Of a DNA stretch of 64,000 nt, positions 52,110 through 63,300 are shown in pieces. This DNA comes from Larinioides sclopetarius (lineage: Eukaryota): NCBI GenBank assembly GCA_964023285.1, contig CAXIEN010000093.1, positions 2,375,739-2,439,738 of the forward strand. The letters run 5' to 3'. The notes beneath the pieces are model-generated. The model was given only the letters and a program-made list of their open reading frames with translations, did not search any database and had not been told where the DNA came from. Numbering within the stretch: position 1 is the first letter of the stretch; each line of letters begins with the position of its first letter. The translations under genes were made by a program, and so were the position numbers.

Positions 52110-53214
52110 GGATGTAACGAATATTCGGCAATTATTCGGTATTCGGCTTTTTGCCAAATATTTGGCTGCCGAATACTAAGCAAATATTTAGCTGAATATT
52201 TTCAAGATGGTAATTTTTTGAAAGTATTAAATAATAAAAACATTTCAGAATTATATATTTCATTTCATTCATTTTTTCTTAAAAAAATCTAGCATTTACT
52301 CAGTTTTAAGTTTACATATATATATAATTGACATATTTTAACATATATTTAAAATTATGAAATATAGTATATAGCACATAAATATATCTAATAATTTTAT
52401 ATGTTTCTTATGACTGTAAAGCCTACAATTATATTAACCAAGAGATATTTTGAGGAGTGCTAAATATATATTCAGTGAAATAAAATCAAGGTATTTTTAA
52501 ATATGTATATTTAACAATGATTATATTGGAGAATTACATTTCAATATATTGATTTACAAAAAAATTCCTAACATTCAGTTTTAAAGGGGAGAGTTAGCAT
52601 TATTAAGTTAAATAACTTTTAGTCCTGTAACTGTAGATGTGGTTTATAAACCATATATATAATAACGTACTCGAAGTTGAAAGGTCAAAGTAAAGGAAAG
52701 ATGTTTGACTGAGTGGTAAATAGAAGTGAAGAAGAATTCGAATATGTTAAAGGAAATGACTTAAAATTTTGACTTGGAGAAAAGCGATTTTTCTATATTT
52801 AAAGGAAAAGGCACGAAGGATGACAAACAAATTTTTATTTTGTTTAGATTAATAATTTTTCTAAAAAAATTTTAAAATCTTAAATATATAATCTAATTAA
52901 TGTATAGGTAAAATTATGCTATTATAATTTATTTAGATTCGGTGAAGTCACATTGTCTTATTCTTATAATTAAAGTGTTTAAAATATATTTAAAAAATAC
53001 ATCAAGGTGCTAATATTTAATAAAACCAATAAAAAAATGAAAAATAACTTTATTAATCATTGATTTTTTATTTAAAATTTCAGGAATATTTCATTTGCCA
53101 TAAAAAAAGGGAAGTGTTTTTAAAAAATAGATATTCGGCCTGGTTTTTGGCCGAATATTCGGTATTCGATTATTCGCGTGCACGCGCGGCCCCAAATCAC
53201 TATTCGTTACATCC
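52110..53214. mobile_element. A 1.1-kb non-autonomous TIR element (TIR GGATGTAACGAATATTCGG), copy 1. It sits in LRR gene intron 2, about 45 bp from the donor.
   Basis: Perfect 14-bp inverted ends ggatgtaacgaata / tattcgttacatcc. Subterminal ccgaatattcgg palindromic motifs are repeated at both ends. There is no transposase ORF. Confidence 0.6.
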
Positions 53215-53258
53215 CTATAAAAAATTATCAAAATATTTGTAGTAAAAATCTACATTAC

Positions 53259-54050
53259 CTCTCTTTCTGTTGTGTATAACTTTTCAAGTGTCTGCAACTT
53301 GTTGTTTATAAATGCTGTCGTAAAATTCTTTACTTCTTTCATATTTTCAAAAACTTTTTGGGGAAATCTAGTGATGTTTGAATTTCGAATATTCAAGTTT
53401 AGAGTATGACTTCGAATGGCAGAAAAAACTGACTCATCCAAATATCTCAAATTATCACCTTCTAAGATGATAGATTTTAATGATTTAGGAAGGTCTCCAT
53501 TGAAAATTCCATCCAGTCCATTTTCTTGAACGTGCAAATGTATTTCATGTATTCCTTGGTTTCCATGAAACATTTGAGATATGTTGGTGCTTCTTCCTGT
53601 GTAAGTATCAAGTTCAATCTTTTTTAATGCTGTTAATTGATGGAAAGTATCTTGATCAATTTCTTGTAATTTTAAATTTTTTATGAACAGTTCCTGCAAT
53701 CTTTCCATGTTCGTAAAACTGTTGTTTGATAGTTTTTGAATTGGATTCTTTTGCAAATATAAGCATTTTAATTGTTGCAAGTTTGACCATATGTTGTTAT
53801 GTGTATTCAACAGTAGATTATTAGATAGATCCAAAATCTGAATTTTCTTCAGTTGTTCCAGCGTTTCTTGTTCCACTGTTTGTATGCCGTTGGAACTCAA
53901 GTTCAACATTAAAATGTTGCACGACGACAGCATTGGGATTATTTTCAAGCTCGTGTTTGCTAAATTGAGTTCCTCAAGGCTATTTGGTAAGTTATTAGCC
54001 ACCCATGCTGGAAGTTCCTTTATTGAATTGTGAGATAGATCCAGAGTCAT
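53259..54050 (-). CDS. LRR protein gene, exon 2 (further LRRs). The donor is ambiguous: GTAATG at 53258, or alternatively GTAAAG at 53333.
   Basis: A minus-strand acceptor ttttttttctcgttttcag lies immediately before ATGACTCTGGAT at 54050, and the frame is phase-compatible with exon 1. The ORF 53250..54050 is entirely LRR (LDLSHNSIKELP..., LDLSNNLLL...). Two candidate phase-0 donors lie near the ORF end. Confidence 0.7.
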
Positions 54051-54878
54051 CTGAAAACGAGAAAAAAAATCAATCTATGGAAATAATTCATAATTTTAAA
54101 AATAAATCTATGAAATCTATGGGAGTGCCTATTTTTGTATTTAGTCAATATTTAATTTTTACTGAAATTGAAGAAAAAGGGAGGGAGTGGCGGAATTCTC
54201 CATTAAGGAAAGAAAACTGACTCTGTCAAGGCAATTTTTACGCAAAGCAAAACTCACGTTTTTCTATCGAAAAACAGCTTACTTTATTTATAAATCTGAA
54301 TTGCACTTAGAAAACAAAAAAACTATTTTTAAATTAACGAGTCTAAATATTTCAAACAATTATAATTTTTTTTATATTAATAGTTTCTGAGTTATTTATT
54401 GCAAGTAATTTAAAGATTAAAAATTGCAATAAAGTCTGAATAAAAAATCATCTTAAATAATTGCTTTAAACTAACTTGGAAATTAAAGAGAGGTTCAGAC
54501 CTGCCAAGATTGTAATACCTCAACTTAATCATTCCATTTTATTGATTGTTAATTTAACAAGCGGTTTTATATTTTAATTTGTTTAAAGAGAGCAAATTAG
54601 TATGTTTTTAATACCGATAGGGTAATTTAGTTTTATTTGAGACAGTATTTTACGATAATCAGAGTTCTTAAAAAATCCTACACTGTGTTATTTTTAAATC
54701 CCGTCCTAATAAACTATATCCAATTCTTAAAGTTTGAATTTGTTCTATAGTTTTCATCCTTTGTTAATTTGATAACTATTTTGCTATGATTCCCTTCTCC
54801 CAAAGGTTCAGTGTTTTTTTTTTCTTCAAGTTTAGATATATTTGTGAGGCTGCTAAAATTGAAATCAACTATACTTAC

Positions 54879-57473
54879 TAGATTTGGTAGTTGCAATTCT
54901 TCCGCTGAGCTAGGTAGAATCAGTCTGTTACGGGAAAGACTCAGGTATCGTAAACTTTGCAGTGATGTAATGCTGCTGAAATTAAGCGATTCTATTTCAT
55001 TTCCAGTTAAATCAAGGTACTGCAATGTATCTTTGATATGGAATATGGAATCTTCAGGGAATTCTTCTAAGTTATTGAATGATAAATCTAGTTGTTCGAT
55101 TGTTGTAGCTTTAAAAATATCTCCTAGTATCTGTTCCATCTCATTGTAAGCCAATGAAAGTATTCTTAATTGCTTTTGTCTCTCAAATAAATTTTCTGGT
55201 AGATTGTTTAAGTTATTTTTTGATAAATCTAATATTTGTATAGATCGTAGACCTTTAAATTCCTCTTCCTCTATTATTTCAATCTCGTTATTTGAAAGGA
55301 TTAGAGTCTGTAGATGAGCCAGATTTGTAAATGCTTGGGTAGTTAAATTTACCAATTTATTATGGCTTAAATCTAGGACTGTAAGTGACAGCCTTATTGG
55401 ATCTAAGTAGTTGGTATCCAAATATGATATATTGTTATAGCTAAAATTGAGATGCTTTATGTTGCTTGAAGTATGAATAACTGTGTAATTTCCTGTTAAA
55501 TTCTGAATGTTGTTATGATCTACATCTATTCTTAAAGTGGACAGTCTTCCTACTTGGTTAAAAGCTTCTAAGTTGAAAGAAGATAGCTCATTATATCCCA
55601 AATTTATTAGTTGAATGTTTGGCAAATTTTGGAATGCTTCATTATCTATAGTTTCAATGGAATTCCCTTCTAGACGAATAATCATTACGGAGTCTAAATC
55701 GAGAAAAGCGGATTTTTGTATGGTCTCAATTAAGTTATCATTCAGTTGCAAATAGATCAGATTTCTCAAATTTCGAAAGATGTGGGATTTTAATACGCTA
55801 ATTTTGTTAAATGCTATTTTCAGATAAGCAAGGTTTGGATTATGCATATCATTTACTATATTCATATCTAGATCCTTCAATTCATTATGATTTAAATTTA
55901 AATACCTTAAATTTTGCGACGACGAAAACGAATTTTGTGGCAAATATTGGATACGATTGCTACTCGCATCTAAATACTCCAACTTTGATAGAGAATTTAA
56001 TGCTTTGTATGGGAATATTGATATCTTTAAAGCATTATGCAAAACAAGTTTTTCTAATGAATGCTTTACATCTCTAAAAGTGGTATTTCCGATTTTTGTT
56101 ATGGCATTGTGGGATAAATCTAACGATTTTAATCCGCTCAATCTGTGAAATGCTCCATTTTCAATAACTTTAATCGAACTTTTTGTCAGGGATAGTTTTT
56201 CCATGGAAGGTCCGACGTTTTGCAAATATTCCGAGTTGATAACTGATGTTTGTTTATTGAATGATAACTCTCTTATGTTTGGTAAATATTTCATGCTTTC
56301 TTGTGACAAGCCGTTCATCTTCGACCCAGAAATATCGAGGTATTTTAAAGGATTTCCGCAGTACTTAATGTCTTCCGGTGTAACTTCCTTTATAGAATTT
56401 CCAGCCAGCGATAATTTAGTTAATTTCGTCAATGGTAAAATAGGGAATTCTTTTATGTTATTATAGCTTAAATCTAAAACTTGTAATGAATGCGTTGAAC
56501 TAAAAAATGCATTTTTTGTTATTTCTGATATTGAACAGTAAGGAATGTAAACTTCAGTTGTATTGGCTGTCAGGAAAGTGTCATTTACTGTTGTAAGTGG
56601 ATTGCCTTTCAGAAAGATACGATTTACTTGATTGAAAAGTCTGAAACTTTCTGCTGTTAATTCTTTTATAAGATTGTGTTCGAGATGCAGCTCATCTAAA
56701 TATATGCGACTTCTTATTTCCCTTCCTTCAGATATAGTAGAAATCAAATTTTCGTTTAAGTTTACGATTTTAATGTTTTTAAAACTAGCCAATGCATTCA
56801 ATGGTATTTGCTGAAGCTGATTACCCATTAGATTTATATGCTTTAAATTATTCAATCCTCCATGAAAAGTTATATCGTCAATTGAAATTATAGAATTGTA
56901 TGCCAGATTCAAAAATTCTAAGGATATCATATTCCGAAATGCGTCACTTTGAACCTGCATTAGAGCGTTTTGAGATAAATCTAGAACCTTTAGACTTGTA
57001 CCCAAATTGCGAAAATCATCTGTGTGTAAGAAAGCAATTTTGTTATCCGCCAAATTTAAATTGCTTAGTTTCTCTAAATTCTGCATTGCTTCTTTTGGTA
57101 TTCGTATTAAGTTATTGTGTCTTAAATCTAGAATAGATAATGTTTTCTCGAGTCCTGCCAAAGCATTGGGTGGTAAATCTGTGAGCAGATTATTGTTAAT
57201 CTGAAGTTTCCAGAGTCCGGTTCCATTTAAACTATTATCCTCTAGAAAACGCAATTTGTTATCTTTAAGACTCATAATGTAAATTGCAGAATTATTGATT
57301 TGAGATGGAACAGTCATTAATGGTATATTATGGCAGCATACAGAACCCAAATCTGGACCTCCATTGGAGCATGTGCATAAAGGGTTGAATGAGCATGGCC
57401 GATGTTGTTCTTTCAATCGGGAATCCACATTTGTGAGGAAAAGTAGGAGACAGAGTTTATCAAAGAATTTCAT
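54879..57473 (-). CDS. LRR protein gene, exon 1 (865 codons). Encodes an N-terminal signal peptide, an LRRNT cysteine cap and a long run of leucine-rich repeats. The architecture is chaoptin-like.
   Basis: The ORF 54714..57473 starts with M and a hydrophobic leader (MKFFDKLCLLLFLTNV). The motif CSFNPLCTCSNGGPDLGSVCC is LRRNT-like. It is followed by about 35 repeats of LxxLxLxxNxI/L. An in-frame GTAAGT donor (plus-strand acttac at about 54873-54878) ends the exon in phase 0 after the codon for L in ...ELQLPNL. The exon length of 2595 nt is a multiple of 3, consistent with the ORF frame. Confidence 0.8.
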
Positions 57474-57544
57474 CTGGAAAAAAAAAGATTATTCAACGTT
57501 CTGGTAAAAATATATGCAACGATATATATAATTTTAAATATAAG

Positions 57545-58013
57545 TATACTTTTTTATTTTCTTCTATAAGAAGAAAGTATTGGAATCGTGAAAATTTTCG
57601 AACTCCGTCTTTTGATGGATTTACGCATTTCGGGGGGCCCTGAATACGAATTCACTATCTTTTGGAAAATGTCTGTGTACTGTGTGTAACACGCATTTTG
57701 TAGGCGCGCTAGCGCAAAAATTTCTGGACAGAATTTTATGAAATTTCATATTTAGTTGTATTTTAGCATAAATTGATTCCGTTTTTTCACGATTTTTTGT
57801 ATTCACTCTACATCAAAAACTAATGGGAGAAATTTCATGTTTAGTTTTGTCTTGACTTAAATTAATGTTCATAAAAGTTTTGTGCAGATCGCTTGACAGG
57901 TGGCGCTGCTATTTAAATTTTTTGAAAATTTTTTCAATATTTGTTTTTAGTATATCTCGGTTTCAATCATATAATTATATAAAAGAAAGTTTTGTGATGG
58001 CCATATCATACTA
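57545..58013 (+). mobile_element. Family-1 repeat, copy e. It lies 70..540 bp upstream of the LRR gene ATG.
   Basis: The 5' hairpin is ttttcttctataagaagaaagtattggaatcgtg. The 3' end is atataattatataaaagaaagttttgtgatggccatatcatactag. Confidence 0.7.
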
Positions 58014-58988
58014 GTCTTTTTAATTAATATTTACGAAATTTACATGTAATATTTTCCTCTAGTTTTCATATATTTTCTTTGTTTGAAAAAAAATATTTTA
58101 AAATTTTGTTGAGCGAATTCGTGGGTAGATTCAAATTATTTTTTGTAAAAAAATTGGAAAAGTTTTATTTAATAATTTGGATAAATTAAGCGTCAAAATT
58201 ATAGTTATTTTTAATGGATAAATTGCAAAAGTGTTCGAGTTGAAAAATATCAATAACTAGCCTTTTCTTGTTGAGAAAAAATTCGATATTTTATGGTTGT
58301 TTATATAGCAGCTGTCATTTCTTGTCTGGAAAATTTGCATATGTATAGATTTTCTGTGATGAAACAATATTAAACTTCATGCAATAAAACGAGTTTTCTC
58401 AAACTTTATTTAATAATTCTCCCTTATATTATATAAATGTGCAAAAAATGTTTTGTTTCATTATTAATATAAATAAATGTAGTTAGTTATAAATTTTTAC
58501 ATGTTTTGATGAAAATTTTTAAATGAAAGCATTTCTCTTTTAAAAGATTATTTTAAGAATCTAGAAAGTAGTATTGGCTTTATATGATCGCGATTATATA
58601 TATATAAAGAAGCCTTCTAATATTGCCATTTTTATACAATTAACTGCCAATGAGAGGTTAGTAAGTTAAAAGCATAAAAAAAGATCGATTGTCTTAATCA
58701 TAATTCGTAATATTGATGAAAATGAAGAAATCTTTTTCAAACAACGTCAAACATTTTGTAAATAATTAAATTATAAAAAAATTATGTTCATATACAATAT
58801 GCGATGCAGAATTTAAGTACAAAGTAACAATATTTTATTTTAAAAATATTTTTTTTTCTGAAATTCATTTTTTTATTTATTTATAAAATAATCATAAGAT
58901 ATATTTTTTATGTTTAATTTTCCGAACTAAATGTATAGACTTAGGCACGATATGTGAGGAATAATAATAATAAACGAATAAGTTCTTG

Positions 58989-60312
58989 GAATGTAACGAA
59001 TCGTGTGATTTGGCCGAATATTTACCTTTTAAAGACATTACACTTTTGATGATAAATAAAATATTTCTCAAATTTTAAACAAAGAAATTAATGTTGAGTA
59101 AAATTAATAAAAAATAATAAAATCAATTTTCTTTCTTTAAAACTCTCTTTATTTACTAGCTCTTTTTTGTTAAAACAATTTAACTCTAAGAATAAGACAA
59201 TATGGCTTTCGATTTCTAAATAAATTATTACAGTATAATTTTATCTACAGATACATAAAATTATATTATTTTAAGATTTTTTTTAGAAAATTTATTGAAA
59301 CTTAAAGAGAATTAAAAACTTACTTGTCATTGTGTGTCTTTTCACGTAACTTAACATATTTCTTTTTTCAAAGTCAGAAAGTTATTTTCTTTAAATTATA
59401 TTAATTCTACTTCACTTCTTACCACTCAATAAAACATTTTTTTCCTTTTCTTTAACGTCAGGTGTGCCGAATTCGGCACATACCTCCAGAATCATTTTGC
59501 TTCAGTAGCTAAGTGAGTTTTTCCACAATAGCCCATTGTGACGTTTTCGGCACATTCGTATCTGCCGGCAGCAGTAAGTGTTGCCACCAAGTGTGCCCAA
59601 TGTACCGAATTCGGTACATTGGTACATTTTTATCAATTTTTCAAAAAAGTTTAAAAAATGGGTAGGTGTGCTTCCTATGGTCTCCCTTGATTGAGATTTG
59701 GAAGGAAAAATTTTTTTCCTTGGGTAAAAAAATTGTTGATCATAAAGGGTTAAGCCTTCAACTACGGGTACTTATCTTGTTACATATGATTTATAAGGCA
59801 CGGCCACCGTCAAGGGGTTAAAATTTAAATTAAATCTGACGATGCTTAATTATTCTCCCCCTTAAAATTGAATAAATATTAAGAAGTTTTTTTGATCATA
59901 AGTGTATTGAGATGTATTTCTGCAATATTCTTTGTTAATATGTGTTTTAAAAATGTTATCATGAATTTATTAGCCAATCATCTGTTTTGCATTCAGTAAG
60001 AGGGCAAGATTGCTTTTGCATTATGATTTCAGGCTTTGCAATCATAAATGACGTGTAAAGTTATTAAATGCATTTACGTACTATATAACTTAGAACTGAA
60101 TAAATAAGATTTTTGAGTAACTTAACAATGAAATATAATTCAGATTTTTTTGTTTTATTATTTAAAAGTATGTTTTTAGAAAGTTATCTCGAAAATATGC
60201 AGCTTAATATCTGCTTAGTATTCTGTCACACAAATATTTGGTAAAGGCCGATTATCGAATATTCGGCGAAAGGGACGAATACCGAATAGTTGCCGAATAT
60301 TCGTTACATTCC
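58989..60312. mobile_element. Copy 2 of the 1.1-kb TIR element (ends ggaatgtaacgaat / attcgttacattcc), carrying the nested TTAA-MITE. It lies in the 5' flank of the LRR gene.
   Basis: Inverted termini and subterminal gccgaatattcg motifs. The length minus the nested 298 bp is about 1026 bp, similar to copy 1. Confidence 0.55.
59456..59749 (-). mobile_element. TTAA-flanked MITE, copy 2, nested inside copy 2 of the 1.1-kb TIR element.
   Basis: It is the reverse complement of copy 1. TTAA is at 59452..59455 and 59750..59753. Relative to copy 1 it lacks 8 terminal bases at one end. Confidence 0.65.
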
Positions 60313-63300
60313 TTATAATTTCACGGTCTGGATGAATTTAAAGGCTAAATTAATCCGAATAATCAATGTTTAATGTAGGTTGACGAATAATAGATTGGAC
60401 GTATAAATCACGTTATTTAATGACAGGTGCTAAAACTTTCGTACTAATTTTGATTCTATATGATTATTATATTTCCTATAAACTCTTATAATTAGTGCTC
60501 ATAAACTATATTGATCATTTTTTAAAAAAAATTATTGAGAAAAATGAAGGAAATTGTTAGAAAAAAATGAGTGACTCTTTAATTTGATTAAAAAATTTGG
60601 AAAAATGTATACAAATATATTACTTTCAAGGAGTTGTTTTTAAAATTTCATTGATATCCCCCTGCTTTTAAAGGAATAATTATTAAAAACTTATAATTTT
60701 GCTATAATAACTTTCACTAGCTGTTTAAAAATTTGAGACTTTTTGTAAATTTTTCAGATATTTAAATGAAAAATTAAATTGAAATTTCGTGAACTCTTTG
60801 AAAGAGAAAATACTGTGCAATCTTGATTACTGAGAAATGTTATATTAACAGTTTTTAAAAACTCGAAAGATTGTGTGTAATTATATTTATTGTAAAAACG
60901 GCATTTATTGTACGTTTTCCAGTTAGATCTATGCTATGGAATTATTTTGTATATTTTAATTTTAGCACCAATTATATTTCTAATTATAAAATTACTCGGA
61001 AAAGTTGTTACATTCTAAATAAAAATGTTTAAATTTTAAAAGATTATTGAGCCAGGAAAATCATTTGAAAAATATTTCGCTTTTTGCGTGATGTAAGAAA
61101 ATCTAATCTTTCTTATCTAAAAGTTCCTGAAATACTTCGCTATTGGCGGAAATAAATTAAAAACAAATAGTTATTATTAAATATATTTTAATTAAATTAT
61201 TTATTTATTGTCATTAAATGTATATTATTGGAATGAATTATAAATTATTCATATATATATATATTAAAGGGAAAATGAATTGTTATTAAATATAACTTAT
61301 TAAGAAAGCACTAATATAATACACATCAAAATCATGATCAGTAAACTATTATAAAATTGAAATTATGCTGTTAAATATTTTTATTATTTAATTCTGGTCT
61401 GAGATTATATTATCTGCAATAAAAAAAGATATTTTAGTTATTTTTTACTTAATTACATATTAGATTTAATATTATAAGACAGGGGATTTAAAGAGTGTCT
61501 ATCAATTTAGTTTCGTACAAGAAAAAAAGTTTAATTTTTGAACTTTTCTTCAGTTACATGAAAACTAGAATTCTATTAAAAAAAAACCAGGTTGCAATGA
61601 TAGTTAAAATAAAATGATAAATTGTATTTCTTATTAGAATTTATGAATATCCAGTAACTATATCTATTAAAAACACCTTACCGTCTGTTTCTTAAGTAGC
61701 ATCAAAATCAAAATTAAGGAAAAAAGAAATTGAACTTACGTTGTAAAATTCCAAGTTACGTTTTCCTATTAATCCTATATTTCTGTTACTACTTGTTTTA
61801 ACTTTTGAAGTGTCGATTACGAAACGAATCTTCTTCACACCATTTTGTAGTTACCACTTGCACGAAATGAAGATTTCTTAATAGATTTACCAGTGATTTC
61901 ATGCAGGTGTTATTCATTCATGCTTACGTTAGCATTTCTTTAAGCTTTTAAAACTGTGGTGCTTCTCATTCGTTCTTGTATAGGCCTAGGGAATACTTAG
62001 AAGTTCCCTGTTTTTCATGTTCCATTCGCAGCACATAATTGGGGGGAGGGGGAGATCGCCTATCTGCGTCTTAGCTTTCGAAAAGTTTGCGGACTTCTAT
62101 GACGCGTTACAATGAGCTCGATATCTTATTTGTAAAAAGGCAATCACGGGCTTCTTCACCAAGAGGAAAGAAATGAATTCATTACCCTTTATTATTTTGC
62201 TGTGTGATTTTTTTAATGGAGTAAATATCCCTTGTATTGTAATTTTTTAATATGGAGCAGAGCCTAAAGGTTTATTTCGTGGTGAAAACCGTTCTTTGTT
62301 TAAGTTCGAATGCCTAACTGCATCATCCTTTCCAGGACTGATTTTTGGGGACACAGCAAAAAAAATACATGTCGCGAAATCATATCTGGCTGTCTGTTTG
62401 GAAATGACAACATATTGTATCAAATTAAATTGTCGATGTATGGTTTTAATCCTTTCAGGCTGAAATATTATTTGTTTGTCAAAAAATACTTTATATTTAA
62501 AATTTTTCATTAATTAAAGATTAATTATTTTCTGTTTTAAAATTATTCATTCATTACTTTGTATCCAACTCAGGTTTCTATATCAATCTCGAGTCCAAAA
62601 CGAGCTCAAATTAAAAACAGATTTGTGTAGAAAAGCACCTTACTCCGGTGAAATTAATGAAAGGAAATATAAATGCTTAAGGCAAAAGGAGGTTGGATGT
62701 GTGAAGCATTTATGTAATAAACATTTTCATTTCATCCTCTTTATGTAAGTAGGTTTATTAGGCAAAATTAATTCTTACTTTGTCCCAAATATATATGAAG
62801 TGTTTGTTTCGGGGATTGTGGCCCGTTGTGACCATGGGCTCCGTCTAACCCTTCCCATCATCAGTGGGCAACAAGTTTTATTACTTCTAAACTTTGAAAT
62901 ACTTCTGCAACTGCCGGAATTTTAATATTCGACGTCAAACACACTTTAGATAAGTTAGTATCAGCTTATTTTAAAGTTTAAAAGATATTTATTTCTCACT
63001 AAGACATATTTTGCTTATTTAGTTATACTCGCTTTATTAGAAGCTATAACTTTTTTTACACAGGTACGACTTTTTTAAATAATATATTTAAATCAGTCTA
63101 GTTTCACTGAAAATTTAACAGTTTACTACATGTATAGTATAAAGTATTATAGGTGATATGCTAATCTATCTGAGTTTTTTTGTTCAGCAAATCTTCGTCA
63201 TTCAGTCTTATTTATAATTAGTGTGTCCCTTTCTTTTAATTGCTTCATCGAAAGAGAGTCAGGATCTCGGCATGCTTCCGTTTAGAGTTTGAATTTTAAA

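Noticed and set aside
54811-57204. Plus-strand ORFs 54811..55149, 55811..56077, 55957..56148, 56203..56466, 56632..56814, 56900..57136 and 57007..57204.
   Set aside because: They all lie antisense to the long LRR exon. The LRR reading frame has the periodic L/N signature and splice continuity, and these ORFs have no features of their own, so they are antisense artefacts.
8299-58013. The conserved roughly 110-bp subrepeats ending in caacaggtggcgctgctatt looked like a possible CRISPR-like array.
   Set aside because: There are only two units per element, and the spacers between them are conserved between copies. The units are dispersed as part of a transposon in an intron-containing eukaryotic genome. 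This is not a CRISPR array.
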